Below are positions 1-7,578 of a stretch of DNA of 24,274 nucleotides, in pieces (position 1 is the stretch's first letter; each line of letters begins with the position of its first letter). The translations under genes were made by a program, and so were the position numbers. The notes beneath the pieces are model-generated. The model was not told the origin of the DNA and did no database searches. It worked only from the letters and a program-made list of their open reading frames with translations. This stretch comes from an uncultured bacterium (GTDB lineage Bacteria > Patescibacteriota > Minisyncoccia > Phycocordibacterales > UBA1006), in the NCBI GenBank assembly GCA_903920485.1, contig CAIXMG010000047.1, positions 1-24,274 on the forward strand, read 5' to 3'.

Positions 1-182
1 ACTACGATGTCCTCACTGATCAATTGGCGGAGGGTTCCGTAGATTCCCTGAACGCTTGCCGAGACATTTCTTGTAGTCAGGCACGCTTGAAGTTCGGAAA
101 CGCTCATGGTCTTTTCCAAGAGGGCTTCAATAATGTGATCATAGAATGTTTTTCTGGTTCCCAGAAGCATACAGCTGAGCAT
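1..182 (-). CDS. Winged-helix-like DNA-binding protein, N-terminal part (runs off the left edge)
   Basis: Not in the ORF track. Manual translation from ATG at 182 (alternative 170): MLSCMLLGTRKTFYDHIIEALLEKTMSVSELQACLTTRNVSASVQGIYGTLRQLISEDIVV, no stop. The pattern IIEALL..TMSVSEL...SVQGIY.TLRQLI.E.IV resembles a wHTH. Confidence 0.55.
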   Translation of the reverse strand, partial: MLSCMLLGTRKTFYDHIIEALLEKTMSVSELQACLTTRNVSASVQGIYGTLRQLISEDIV

Positions 183-266
183 ATCAGAATTAAAGCAATA
201 CTTTAATAAGCATATTTTTAAGGCAAGAAATACGACATGGTGTCAAATGTTTGTTATAAGAAGTCT

Positions 267-1616
267 ATGGTAACAGTCTATATACTTCTTGCGATTTTCT
301 TTACGTGGCTTGTTTGGATTGGATATCGTTCACGCAACGTTTCAAAGGATACAAAAATAGGTCACTTCTTGATTGCTAATCGTTCAGTGATTGGGGTTCT
401 TGTTGCGATCGGGGTTGTTATGAGTTGGGTTGACGCAACGGCTTTCGGGTATGTCGGCGGAATGGGGTATGACAACGGTTGGGGGGTGACTGCCTATGCG
501 CTGGGTGCCTCGATCACGTTTCTTTTGGTTGCTTATCTGGCTCCACGGATCAGAACCATTGCTGCGAATGGAAACATGTATATGATGACCGATATCATTC
601 GCCAAAAGTTTTCGAAGCGTGCTGGGCTTATTTCCGGAATCGCGGTGCATTTGTATTTTGCCTTTTGGATGCTTGTACAATTCATCGTCGGGCCTGTTGT
701 AATTCAGTCTCTTCTTGGTATTTCTACCCTGGAAGCTTCCATTATCATGGGAGGCGTCGTACTTATTTATCTTGTCCTGGGTGGTTTTCGTTCCCAGGTG
801 TATACGGATATTCTTCAGTTTGGTCTATTTGGTGCACTCGCTGTCATTCTCTTGGGAAGGTTTATTCCCTCGGTGCATGTCTGGGTTGCTCCCTTGCATA
901 CCGTAGGATCACTGGGCGTCGGTGGTTACATTTCGTTATTTATTCTAAGTGCCGCATCAACGGTTGCCGCTCCGGATGTTTGGCAGCGCATCTATAGCGC
1001 ACGAAGTGAAAAAGACGCCCGAAACGCGATGGTTTGGTGTGCAATCCTGATGTCAATCGTATATACCATCTTTGCAATGTTTGGAATGATTGTGAAACGC
1101 TGTGGATGGGCTGCAAATTCAAACGGCGTCCCTGCAGCCATTTTCCAGCACATCGTTCCTCATTGGTTTCTTCCGATTGCCATCGTCTCGTTTTTTGCAA
1201 TCATCATGTCAACCATTGCTACAACGTTGTTCGGTGCGTCGATGGCGATCAGCAATGATATTTTGTTCAGCTTCGGACTTATCAAGCACGAACGGGTCGT
1301 CTTCTGGCAGCGCATCATTATGGTAATCGTCATCGTTTCTGGAGTAGCCATTACCGCGAGTAACCTTAACATTATCAGTGTCGTAAATTACTCGCTGGCA
1401 ACATGCTTGGTCCCGCTTCCGGTTGTTTTGGCTGTTCTCTATAAAATAGAACTGAGTGAAAGGGCCGCGTTTTTCAGTATGCTTGCAAGTTCGTTGGTCT
1501 TTATTGCAGGAATCGCTTTTGGATTCATGAATGGAATCGGACTGCTGTGGCCACTTGCGGTAGGCGTGCCAGTACTTTTCCTGATCGAGGTTTTTTCTCG
1601 GAAAAAGACAGCATAG
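267..1616 (+). CDS. Sodium:solute symporter (SSS/SSF) family transporter, substrate unknown
   Basis: About 13 hydrophobic segments. SSS-like motifs HFLIANRS, LGGFRSQVYTDILQ, PDVWQRIYSARS, AIIMSTIATTL. ORF opens at 237; start 267 preferred because TGTTATAAG (252-260) lies 6 nt upstream. Confidence 0.85.
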   Translation: MVTVYILLAIFFTWLVWIGYRSRNVSKDTKIGHFLIANRSVIGVLVAIGVVMSWVDATAFGYVGGMGYDNGWGVTAYALGASITFLLVAYLAPRIRTIAANGNMYMMTDIIRQKFSKRAGLISGIAVHLYFAFWMLVQFIVGPVVIQSLLGISTLEASIIMGGVVLIYLVLGGFRSQVYTDILQFGLFGALAVILLGRFIPSVHVWVAPLHTVGSLGVGGYISLFILSAASTVAAPDVWQRIYSARSEKDARNAMVWCAILMSIVYTIFAMFGMIVKRCGWAANSNGVPAAIFQHIVPHWFLPIAIVSFFAIIMSTIATTLFGASMAISNDILFSFGLIKHERVVFWQRIIMVIVIVSGVAITASNLNIISVVNYSLATCLVPLPVVLAVLYKIELSERAAFFSMLASSLVFIAGIAFGFMNGIGLLWPLAVGVPVLFLIEVFSRKKTA

Positions 1617-1661
1617 AATCAGCAGTACGAAAGAACACCTTTTGTGGTACTATAATTGCAT

Positions 1662-1898
1662 ATGACTAAAAAACCACTTGCCGCACTTGCCGTTATCCTT
1701 GGACTGGTATTCATTGTCCTTGCCTTCGTATACTGGTTCACTCCTGCGGGCGCATTGCCGCATTTCCTTCCCGGTCACATTGTCGGGTCATCGGTGATCC
1801 ACTTCAAGCACGGATTGGGATCGTTCATCCTCGCATTGGCATTGTTTGCCTACGCATGGTTTGCGACGGGAACCAAGAAATCATCTCATCATAAATAG
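1662..1898 (+). CDS. Small two-TM membrane protein with His-rich loop (78 aa)
   Basis: Two hydrophobic helices flank PHFLPGHIVGSSVIHFKHG. Overlapping -10 boxes TGGTACTAT/TATAAT (1645-1656) precede ATG 1662. The 3' end overlaps uppP by 18 nt. Confidence 0.75.
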   Translation: MTKKPLAALAVILGLVFIVLAFVYWFTPAGALPHFLPGHIVGSSVIHFKHGLGSFILALALFAYAWFATGTKKSSHHK

Positions 1899-2738
1899 GG
1901 TCAGAAGCACTCCTCCGAACACGACGCAATAGGCGGCGAACGGAAGGAGTGTTTTTGTTTTGAAATAATTGCTGAGGAATTTGATCGAAAAGTATGCTGC
2001 GATACCCGAAGCAAGGAATCCAGCCACGATGGGCCACAGGGAAGAAAGCGGGGTTCCCAAAAGGTTCGGCAGCTGCAATACGGCAGCTGCAAGAATGAGG
2101 GGGGTCGCAAGCAGGAACGAAAACCGCGCCGCATCCTCGCGATCGAGTCCGACCAGGAGGCCTCCGCCAAGCGATGCTCCCGTCCGCGAGAATCCGGGGA
2201 CAAGTGCAAGACACTGAGCGCACCCTATCGTTACCGATTGCCTCCAGGACAGCTTGGCTATCTGCGTGTCGTCGTGGGCGTGTTTTGAAACGGGGGATTT
2301 TCTCATCAGCAGTTCTGCCCCATACAAAAGAAATCCGTTCACGATCAGGAACAGGGCAACCATGCGCGGCGAAGACAGCAGTGACTTTACGGTGTCCTGA
2401 AAAAGAAGCCCGAGAATTCCCGCGGGTACCGTTCCCGCGACCAGCAGCCATCCCAGTCTTGCGTATGTGTCCGTGGATTCTACGGCCCTTTCCTTGAGCG
2501 ATCGAAACAGTCCTTTGATGATCTTTGCCCAATCGCTGCGGAAGAACCACAGCAGTACCAGTGCCGTGGCAAGGTGGGTTGCCACCAGGAAGCTGAGAAA
2601 ATAGTCGCTGTTCTGGTTGATGCCCCAGCGAAACAGTTCGGGGATGAGGATGCTGTGACCGAGGCTTGAGACTGGAAATAATTCGGCGATGCCCTGAATG
2701 CCTCCCAAAACGACAGCTTGTACGTATGTGATAACCAT
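1881..2738 (-). CDS. uppP: Undecaprenyl-diphosphate phosphatase (BacA/UppP)
   Basis: Signature motifs LGGIQGIAELFPVSSLGHS and ALVPGFSRTG, plus AARFSFLLATP. Start at ATG 2738, with TATACT 7 nt upstream. Confidence 0.95.
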   Translation of the reverse strand: MVITYVQAVVLGGIQGIAELFPVSSLGHSILIPELFRWGINQNSDYFLSFLVATHLATALVLLWFFRSDWAKIIKGLFRSLKERAVESTDTYARLGWLLVAGTVPAGILGLLFQDTVKSLLSSPRMVALFLIVNGFLLYGAELLMRKSPVSKHAHDDTQIAKLSWRQSVTIGCAQCLALVPGFSRTGASLGGGLLVGLDREDAARFSFLLATPLILAAAVLQLPNLLGTPLSSLWPIVAGFLASGIAAYFSIKFLSNYFKTKTLLPFAAYCVVFGGVLLTLFMMR

Positions 2739-2783
2739 GGGCTGTAGTATATGATTTCTTGCTCTGATAGGCAATTTGTCTTC

Positions 2784-5141
2784 CTACGCCTTGATCTTCT
2801 TCCTTAATATCCTGGCGAGACCGTACTGCACGGTGGCGCAGGCGAGGATGAAGGGGATCGTTTCCATGGTCGTTCTGAGGGAGATCGCGGTAACGTCAAA
2901 GAACCCGATGACGGCCGGTACGTGGAACAGGATGATGAGAATGCCGATCTCGATCGCACCGAGGAGCATCATCTGGAAAAATTGGACAAGGGTCGTCTTT
3001 CCGCCGTACACCATCGGCGCAAAGAGGAAGAAGGTGAAGCTTACGCCGATGAGCCCGACCAGTGCGATCATGGCAGGTGCCGTATCCTTTACGTAGTGCA
3101 TCCCGAGGATCCAAAGCACGACGACCGTAGCCACTTCCGCGAGTGATGCGAGGAGCGGATACAGGAGCGTGCGCCTCAAGAACGGCTTGGTGCTGGCCGG
3201 AAGGGTTGCTTGTGTGGACCTGAGAATCCAGAAGAAGATGAGCGAACCCGGAAAGACGATGATGAAGTAACTGATGAACGCGACGGACAGCGGCGTAAAG
3301 GGGTATTCATATCCCGTCGCAATCGTCACCAGAAAGAGCAGGAATCCCGCGAACGTCTGGTTGAAGAACAGGCTCGAGAAGACCTCGACGCTTTCGATGA
3401 CGCGGTCGGCAAGCGTTACGCCGTCGGGAAAGTCCGTGAAGCTGTTCTTGAGGAGTACGACCGATGCGATACGTCGCGTTGCCGGTGCTCCGTCGAACAT
3501 CGCGATACCGAGGTCTGCCTTCTTGATGGCAAGCGCGTCGTTGGCCCCGTCGCCGACCATGGCGGTGAACCCATGGTGCTTCAGTCCTTCCACAATGCTT
3601 TCCTTCTGTTCGGGCTTGATGCGCGAGAAGATGGTAAAGTCCTTGGCCTTCGTTTCGAAATCATCGGCCGTCCATGTTTCAAGTTCCGAACCCGTGATCA
3701 CTGCGTCGGTGTGAAGGACGCCTGCGGCATTCGCGATCGCCTTTACTGTTTCTGGATTGTCACCCGAGATGATTCTGATCGCAATGCCACGATCCTGGAA
3801 GAACTTGATCGTTGACTTGATGCCGGGACGAAGCTTGTTGGAAAGGATGAAGACAGCGACCAAGGAAAGTTCTATGCCGTCCAGTGACTGAGGCATGGCA
3901 GCCGCTTCCGTTTCAGCGATGCAGAAGACGCGCTTGCCCTTCGGGGTGTTCTCGTCAAGAAGCACCTGTAGCCATGCGCGTTCGGCATTTGATGAAAGAT
4001 GAGGAAGGAGGATGTCGGGTGCCCCGGCAACAATGACTGATTTTTTCCCTTGGTAGGAGACTTGCACTGCGCCGAATTGCCGATCCGAGGAAAAGGCAAC
4101 GGACGCAAGGATCGTTCCGGCAGACGTCGCCTCCTTAAGAAATGCCGAGACCGAACGAATGGTCTGTGAGGAATCTCCTGATCCGGAAATATAAGCAACG
4201 GTAAGTCCCTTCGCATCGTCGGCGGAGAGGCGTGACGAAGGAGGCACCTGGATCGCTTCGACCGAAGGCGACGATTCCGTGAGAGTCCCCGTCTTGTCCA
4301 TACAGAGGTTTCTGATGAGTCCCAGCTTTTCCGTCGCGTTCACTTCCTGCAACAGTACGTTCTTTCGATAAAGCCGCCCTGTGCCGTAGGCGAAGAGAAG
4401 CGATACCACGGTCAGGAGTCCCTGGGGCAGAAGAATACTGGTCAGCGCACCGGCGTTCTTTACGATCGCAAGCGTGGTCTCCGGGATGAAGTTTTCCCGT
4501 ACGATCATGAATATGACAGAGGCAAGCAGAGTGATTCCCGAATAGCGCACGAAGACGTCGATGGCCTTCTGGATCGGGCTCATGTTTCGTGAATACGTCT
4601 TGACGCTTTTTGTCATGCGGACGATTCGGCTGTCCGCGTAGGACACGTCCACCTTCATGACGGCTTCGCCTGATGTCACGATGCTGCCGCCCAGAAGAAT
4701 CTCGCCGACGCGCTTGGGAATGGACGCCGATTCGCCCGTGATCATGGCCTCGTTCACCTCCAAGCTCTTGGTCGAGTCGACGGTGCCGTCGGATGGAACC
4801 TGGTCGCCCAAGCGCAGTCGAAGCAGGTCACCCTTCTTTATCTCCTCGACGACAACCTGTTCGTCGGTGCCGTCAGACGTGATGCGAACCGAGTGGAGCG
4901 CACTTAAGAAGGTCAGCTTCTCGAGGATTCTCCACGCGTTGAGTTCCTGGCTCAGCCCGAGGAAGATGTTCACGGTCAAAATGGCCCCAAGGACGATTCC
5001 TTCCCGGGTGTCACCGAATGCGACCAGAAGTCCGACTACCGCGATGATGACGATGTGGACCAGCATGAACACATTGCGCACGACGATGACCGTGACATCG
5101 CGGAACTTCCTCCAAAACTCTCTTCGCTGGTTTTCTTTCAT
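2784..5141 (-). CDS. P-type ATPase (HAD-IC), P2/CtpE-like, with atypical TM4 motif PQGL
   Basis: DKTGTLT phosphorylation site, TGES actuator motif, SGDN and MVGDGANDALAIKKADLGIAM are all present. TM4 reads LLPQGL. Confidence 0.93.
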   Translation of the reverse strand: MKENQRREFWRKFRDVTVIVVRNVFMLVHIVIIAVVGLLVAFGDTREGIVLGAILTVNIFLGLSQELNAWRILEKLTFLSALHSVRITSDGTDEQVVVEEIKKGDLLRLRLGDQVPSDGTVDSTKSLEVNEAMITGESASIPKRVGEILLGGSIVTSGEAVMKVDVSYADSRIVRMTKSVKTYSRNMSPIQKAIDVFVRYSGITLLASVIFMIVRENFIPETTLAIVKNAGALTSILLPQGLLTVVSLLFAYGTGRLYRKNVLLQEVNATEKLGLIRNLCMDKTGTLTESSPSVEAIQVPPSSRLSADDAKGLTVAYISGSGDSSQTIRSVSAFLKEATSAGTILASVAFSSDRQFGAVQVSYQGKKSVIVAGAPDILLPHLSSNAERAWLQVLLDENTPKGKRVFCIAETEAAAMPQSLDGIELSLVAVFILSNKLRPGIKSTIKFFQDRGIAIRIISGDNPETVKAIANAAGVLHTDAVITGSELETWTADDFETKAKDFTIFSRIKPEQKESIVEGLKHHGFTAMVGDGANDALAIKKADLGIAMFDGAPATRRIASVVLLKNSFTDFPDGVTLADRVIESVEVFSSLFFNQTFAGFLLFLVTIATGYEYPFTPLSVAFISYFIIVFPGSLIFFWILRSTQATLPASTKPFLRRTLLYPLLASLAEVATVVVLWILGMHYVKDTAPAMIALVGLIGVSFTFFLFAPMVYGGKTTLVQFFQMMLLGAIEIGILIILFHVPAVIGFFDVTAISLRTTMETIPFILACATVQYGLARILRKKIKA

Positions 5142-5232
5142 GGGGTCAGTATAGCAAAGATCTGTGCTGACGGCGGGATGATGTCTTTTGAGAAACAGAC
5201 GTTATCTGTTAGAATAGCGTCGCTCTTGTGAT

Positions 5233-5260
5233 TTGACATTGAGTAAAATATGCGTAATAT
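5233..5260 (+). promoter_or_regulatory. Sigma70-type promoter for the 5309 gene
   Basis: TTGACA (5233-5238), 16 nt, TAATAT (5255-5260), followed by an A-rich SD-less leader. Confidence 0.6.
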
Positions 5261-5308
5261 AACGGAGGCTTTTATTATTCTTTAATTAAATTAAAAACAA
5301 ACAAAATC

Positions 5309-6352
5309 ATGAAACTAAAAGTAGTTATTCTTGAAGTCAGAACTGGCGACGAAAAACTGCGCGACGCAGAAGGATATCGCAAAGACACGATGCCTATCAT
5401 CAACAGTCTCAAGGAGAGGAATGTGGATGCATCAGTGGTTTTTTATTCAAACGAGAAAGCGGAGGAACTTTTCTCTGCTCTCAAAGACGTGAATGCAATC
5501 ATTGGTCGCGTTAACCCCGGCAACATTCCAGGAGGCGAAGGAAATTACTTTGCATTCCTGCAGCGTCTGGTAGATGCTGGCGTCAAAGTCTTTGCAGAAC
5601 CAAAAGTGATGCTGAGCTTTGGGGCCAAGGATGCCGTATCGAAACTGGCAGGAACGGCCATCGTGCCTGCGAATACCTATGCGTATTACAATCTCGACGA
5701 GCTGAAAGCTAAGTTCCCTATGTCTTTGGCTACGGGTCCTCGCGTCCTCAAGCAAAACCGCGGTTCGCAGGGAAGTGGCATCTGGTATGTCGAAGTAGGC
5801 GCTCCACATGGTAGTGCGCCGATCGACTTCAACACGCCGGTCAACTGCACCGAGATGTCCGACAATCATGTCGAGCATCACAAGCTGGGCGATTTCCTCG
5901 ACAAATGCAACGAGTACCTTGTAGGAGAAAACGGACAACTCGTGGACATGCCGTTCATGCCACGCATCGGGGAGGGCGAGATTCGCATCTATCTGGTAGG
6001 CGAGAAACCGGTATTCATCCTGCATAAGAAACCTGCAGACGGTGAAAAGTCCGCTACTCTCCAATCGGGTGCGAAGTACACCCCTCAGACTCCCGCAGAA
6101 TGGCCTGACCTCATGAAGGCGTTTTACGCTGTACTTCCGGTAGTAAAGGAGAAGCTCGGAGTATCGGTTACGCCACTCATCTGGACCGCGGACTTTATCC
6201 TCGGGCCTCAGACTACCGATGGCAAGGACACGTACGTTCTGGGCGAATTCAACTGCTCATGCGTCGGTTTTACGACCGAACTCGAGCGGGGAATCCAGGA
6301 CATGGTGGCTGACGAGGTTTTGGCTCGCGTCGGAGTTCCTGTTGCTGCCTAG
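5309..6352 (+). CDS. Cj0069-family protein (ATP-grasp-like ligase fold, function unknown)
   Basis: Motifs GYRKDTMPI, RVNPGN, GAKDA, RVLKQNRGS.G.GIW, DNHVEH, MPFMPRI.EGEIR, PLIWTADFIL and LGEFNCSCVGF match my recollection of Campylobacter Cj0069. KQNRG and E.N are ATP-grasp-like. Confidence 0.8.
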   Translation: MKLKVVILEVRTGDEKLRDAEGYRKDTMPIINSLKERNVDASVVFYSNEKAEELFSALKDVNAIIGRVNPGNIPGGEGNYFAFLQRLVDAGVKVFAEPKVMLSFGAKDAVSKLAGTAIVPANTYAYYNLDELKAKFPMSLATGPRVLKQNRGSQGSGIWYVEVGAPHGSAPIDFNTPVNCTEMSDNHVEHHKLGDFLDKCNEYLVGENGQLVDMPFMPRIGEGEIRIYLVGEKPVFILHKKPADGEKSATLQSGAKYTPQTPAEWPDLMKAFYAVLPVVKEKLGVSVTPLIWTADFILGPQTTDGKDTYVLGEFNCSCVGFTTELERGIQDMVADEVLARVGVPVAA

Positions 6353-6373
6353 CATTTCCGGATTACTTTAAAT

Positions 6374-6404
6374 AAAAGAGGCTGACCCTGTCAGTCTCTT
6401 TTTT
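6374..6404. terminator. Bidirectional intrinsic terminator between the Cj0069-family gene and cfa
   Basis: AAAAGAGGCTGAC-CCT-GTCAGTCTCTTTT with A/T tracts on both sides. Confidence 0.85.
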
Positions 6405-6416
6405 GCATAACATTGT

Positions 6417-7535
6417 TTATCGGATGGAAGCATATCCTCCAATCAGTCCCTTCTTCGTCAGCGCGATTTGCCACAGCTGGTTGTCGCGGGCGCGGAACGA
6501 TCCGGCGCAGCACAAAAGGTAATAGTTCCACATGCGGTGGAAGCGCTCGCCATACGTGTCTTTGAGGCTGTTCCAGTTATGCTCGAAATTATGCTGCCAT
6601 GCCATGAGGGTGTTGTCGTAGTACGGTCCGAAGTTGTGCCAGTCCTCGAGGACAAAGAGCCCCTCGTATGCTTTCGTGATCTGGCTTGCCGACGGGATCA
6701 TGGAATTCGGGAAGATGTACTTGCTGATCCAGCGGTCGACGGTGATGGTGGGTACCGATCCGCCGATCGTGTGAAGGAGGAAGACGCCGTCGTTCTTGAG
6801 GCATCGGTTAGCCACCTCGAAATACGTGCGGTAGTTCTTGTAGCCTACGTGTTCGAACATGCCGAGCGAGATGATGTGGTCGAACGGTTCGTTCACATCG
6901 CGATAATCCTGAAGGCGGATCTCGACGGGAAGTCCCTTGCACATTTCACGCGCAAGGTCCACCTGTTCCTTGGAAACGGTGACGCCGACGACGGTCGCGC
7001 CGTACTTTTCCGCGGCGAATTTGGCAAAGCTGCCCCAACCGCATCCAATGTCGAGGACCTTCTGTCCCTGCTTGAGGCCGATCTTTTTGCAGACCAGGTC
7101 AAGTTTCGCTTCCTGCGCGTCGTCAAGGTTCTTTGCATCCTTCCAGTATCCGCACGTGTACACCAATCGCTTGTCGAGCATTGCCGTATACAGGTCGTTG
7201 CCCAGGTCGTAATGCGCTTGGCCGATCTTGTAGGCACGCGCACCTTTTTGCAGGTTTACCGTATGCGCCTTGATGGCGTCGGCAATTGCGGAAAGGCTTG
7301 GCTTGATGTTGGCCCGGATGTCGTCGCGCAACAGTCGCGCGAACATCTGATCAAGTGCCGGACAGTCCCACCAACCGTCCATGTACGACTCGCCGAGACC
7401 GAGTGATCCTTCCGCAATCACGCGCGCATAAAAGCGCTCGTCGTGGACCGTGATATCCCAGGGGTTTTTTCCGTTGATCGTTATGCCAGTCCCTTCCAGC
7501 AGGTTTTCGATGCGCGACTTGAGTTTGTTGGTCAT
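6417..7535 (-). CDS. cfa: Cyclopropane-fatty-acyl-phospholipid synthase
   Basis: GSLGLGESYMDGWW, HYDLGNDLY, YTCGYW, LDIGCGWG, SLGMFEHVG, WISKYIFP and RMWNYYL are hallmark Cfa motifs. Confidence 0.95.
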   Translation of the reverse strand: MTNKLKSRIENLLEGTGITINGKNPWDITVHDERFYARVIAEGSLGLGESYMDGWWDCPALDQMFARLLRDDIRANIKPSLSAIADAIKAHTVNLQKGARAYKIGQAHYDLGNDLYTAMLDKRLVYTCGYWKDAKNLDDAQEAKLDLVCKKIGLKQGQKVLDIGCGWGSFAKFAAEKYGATVVGVTVSKEQVDLAREMCKGLPVEIRLQDYRDVNEPFDHIISLGMFEHVGYKNYRTYFEVANRCLKNDGVFLLHTIGGSVPTITVDRWISKYIFPNSMIPSASQITKAYEGLFVLEDWHNFGPYYDNTLMAWQHNFEHNWNSLKDTYGERFHRMWNYYLLCCAGSFRARDNQLWQIALTKKGLIGGYASIR

Positions 7536-7551
7536 ATGGAGTGATCATAGC

Positions 7552-7578
7552 AAAAACACCCCCGTTTGGTAAGGGGTG
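7552..7578 (-). terminator. Intrinsic terminator of rel, abutting the cfa -10 box
   Basis: CACCCC-10 nt-GGGGTG followed on the minus strand by TTTTT, then TGCTATGAT. Confidence 0.65.

Noticed and set aside
24-206. 60-aa plus-strand ORF from the track
   Set aside because: It is the antisense shadow of the minus-strand wHTH-like frame and has no recognisable features.
2776-5154. Several plus-strand ORFs opposite the P-type ATPase, and 1825-2550 overlapping uppP
   Set aside because: Fully overlap well-supported genes, and the translations are compositionally implausible.
5264-5268. GGAGG (and GGAGGG at 19037) as Shine-Dalgarno sites
   Set aside because: They lie 35-40 nt from the start codons, too far to function as SD.
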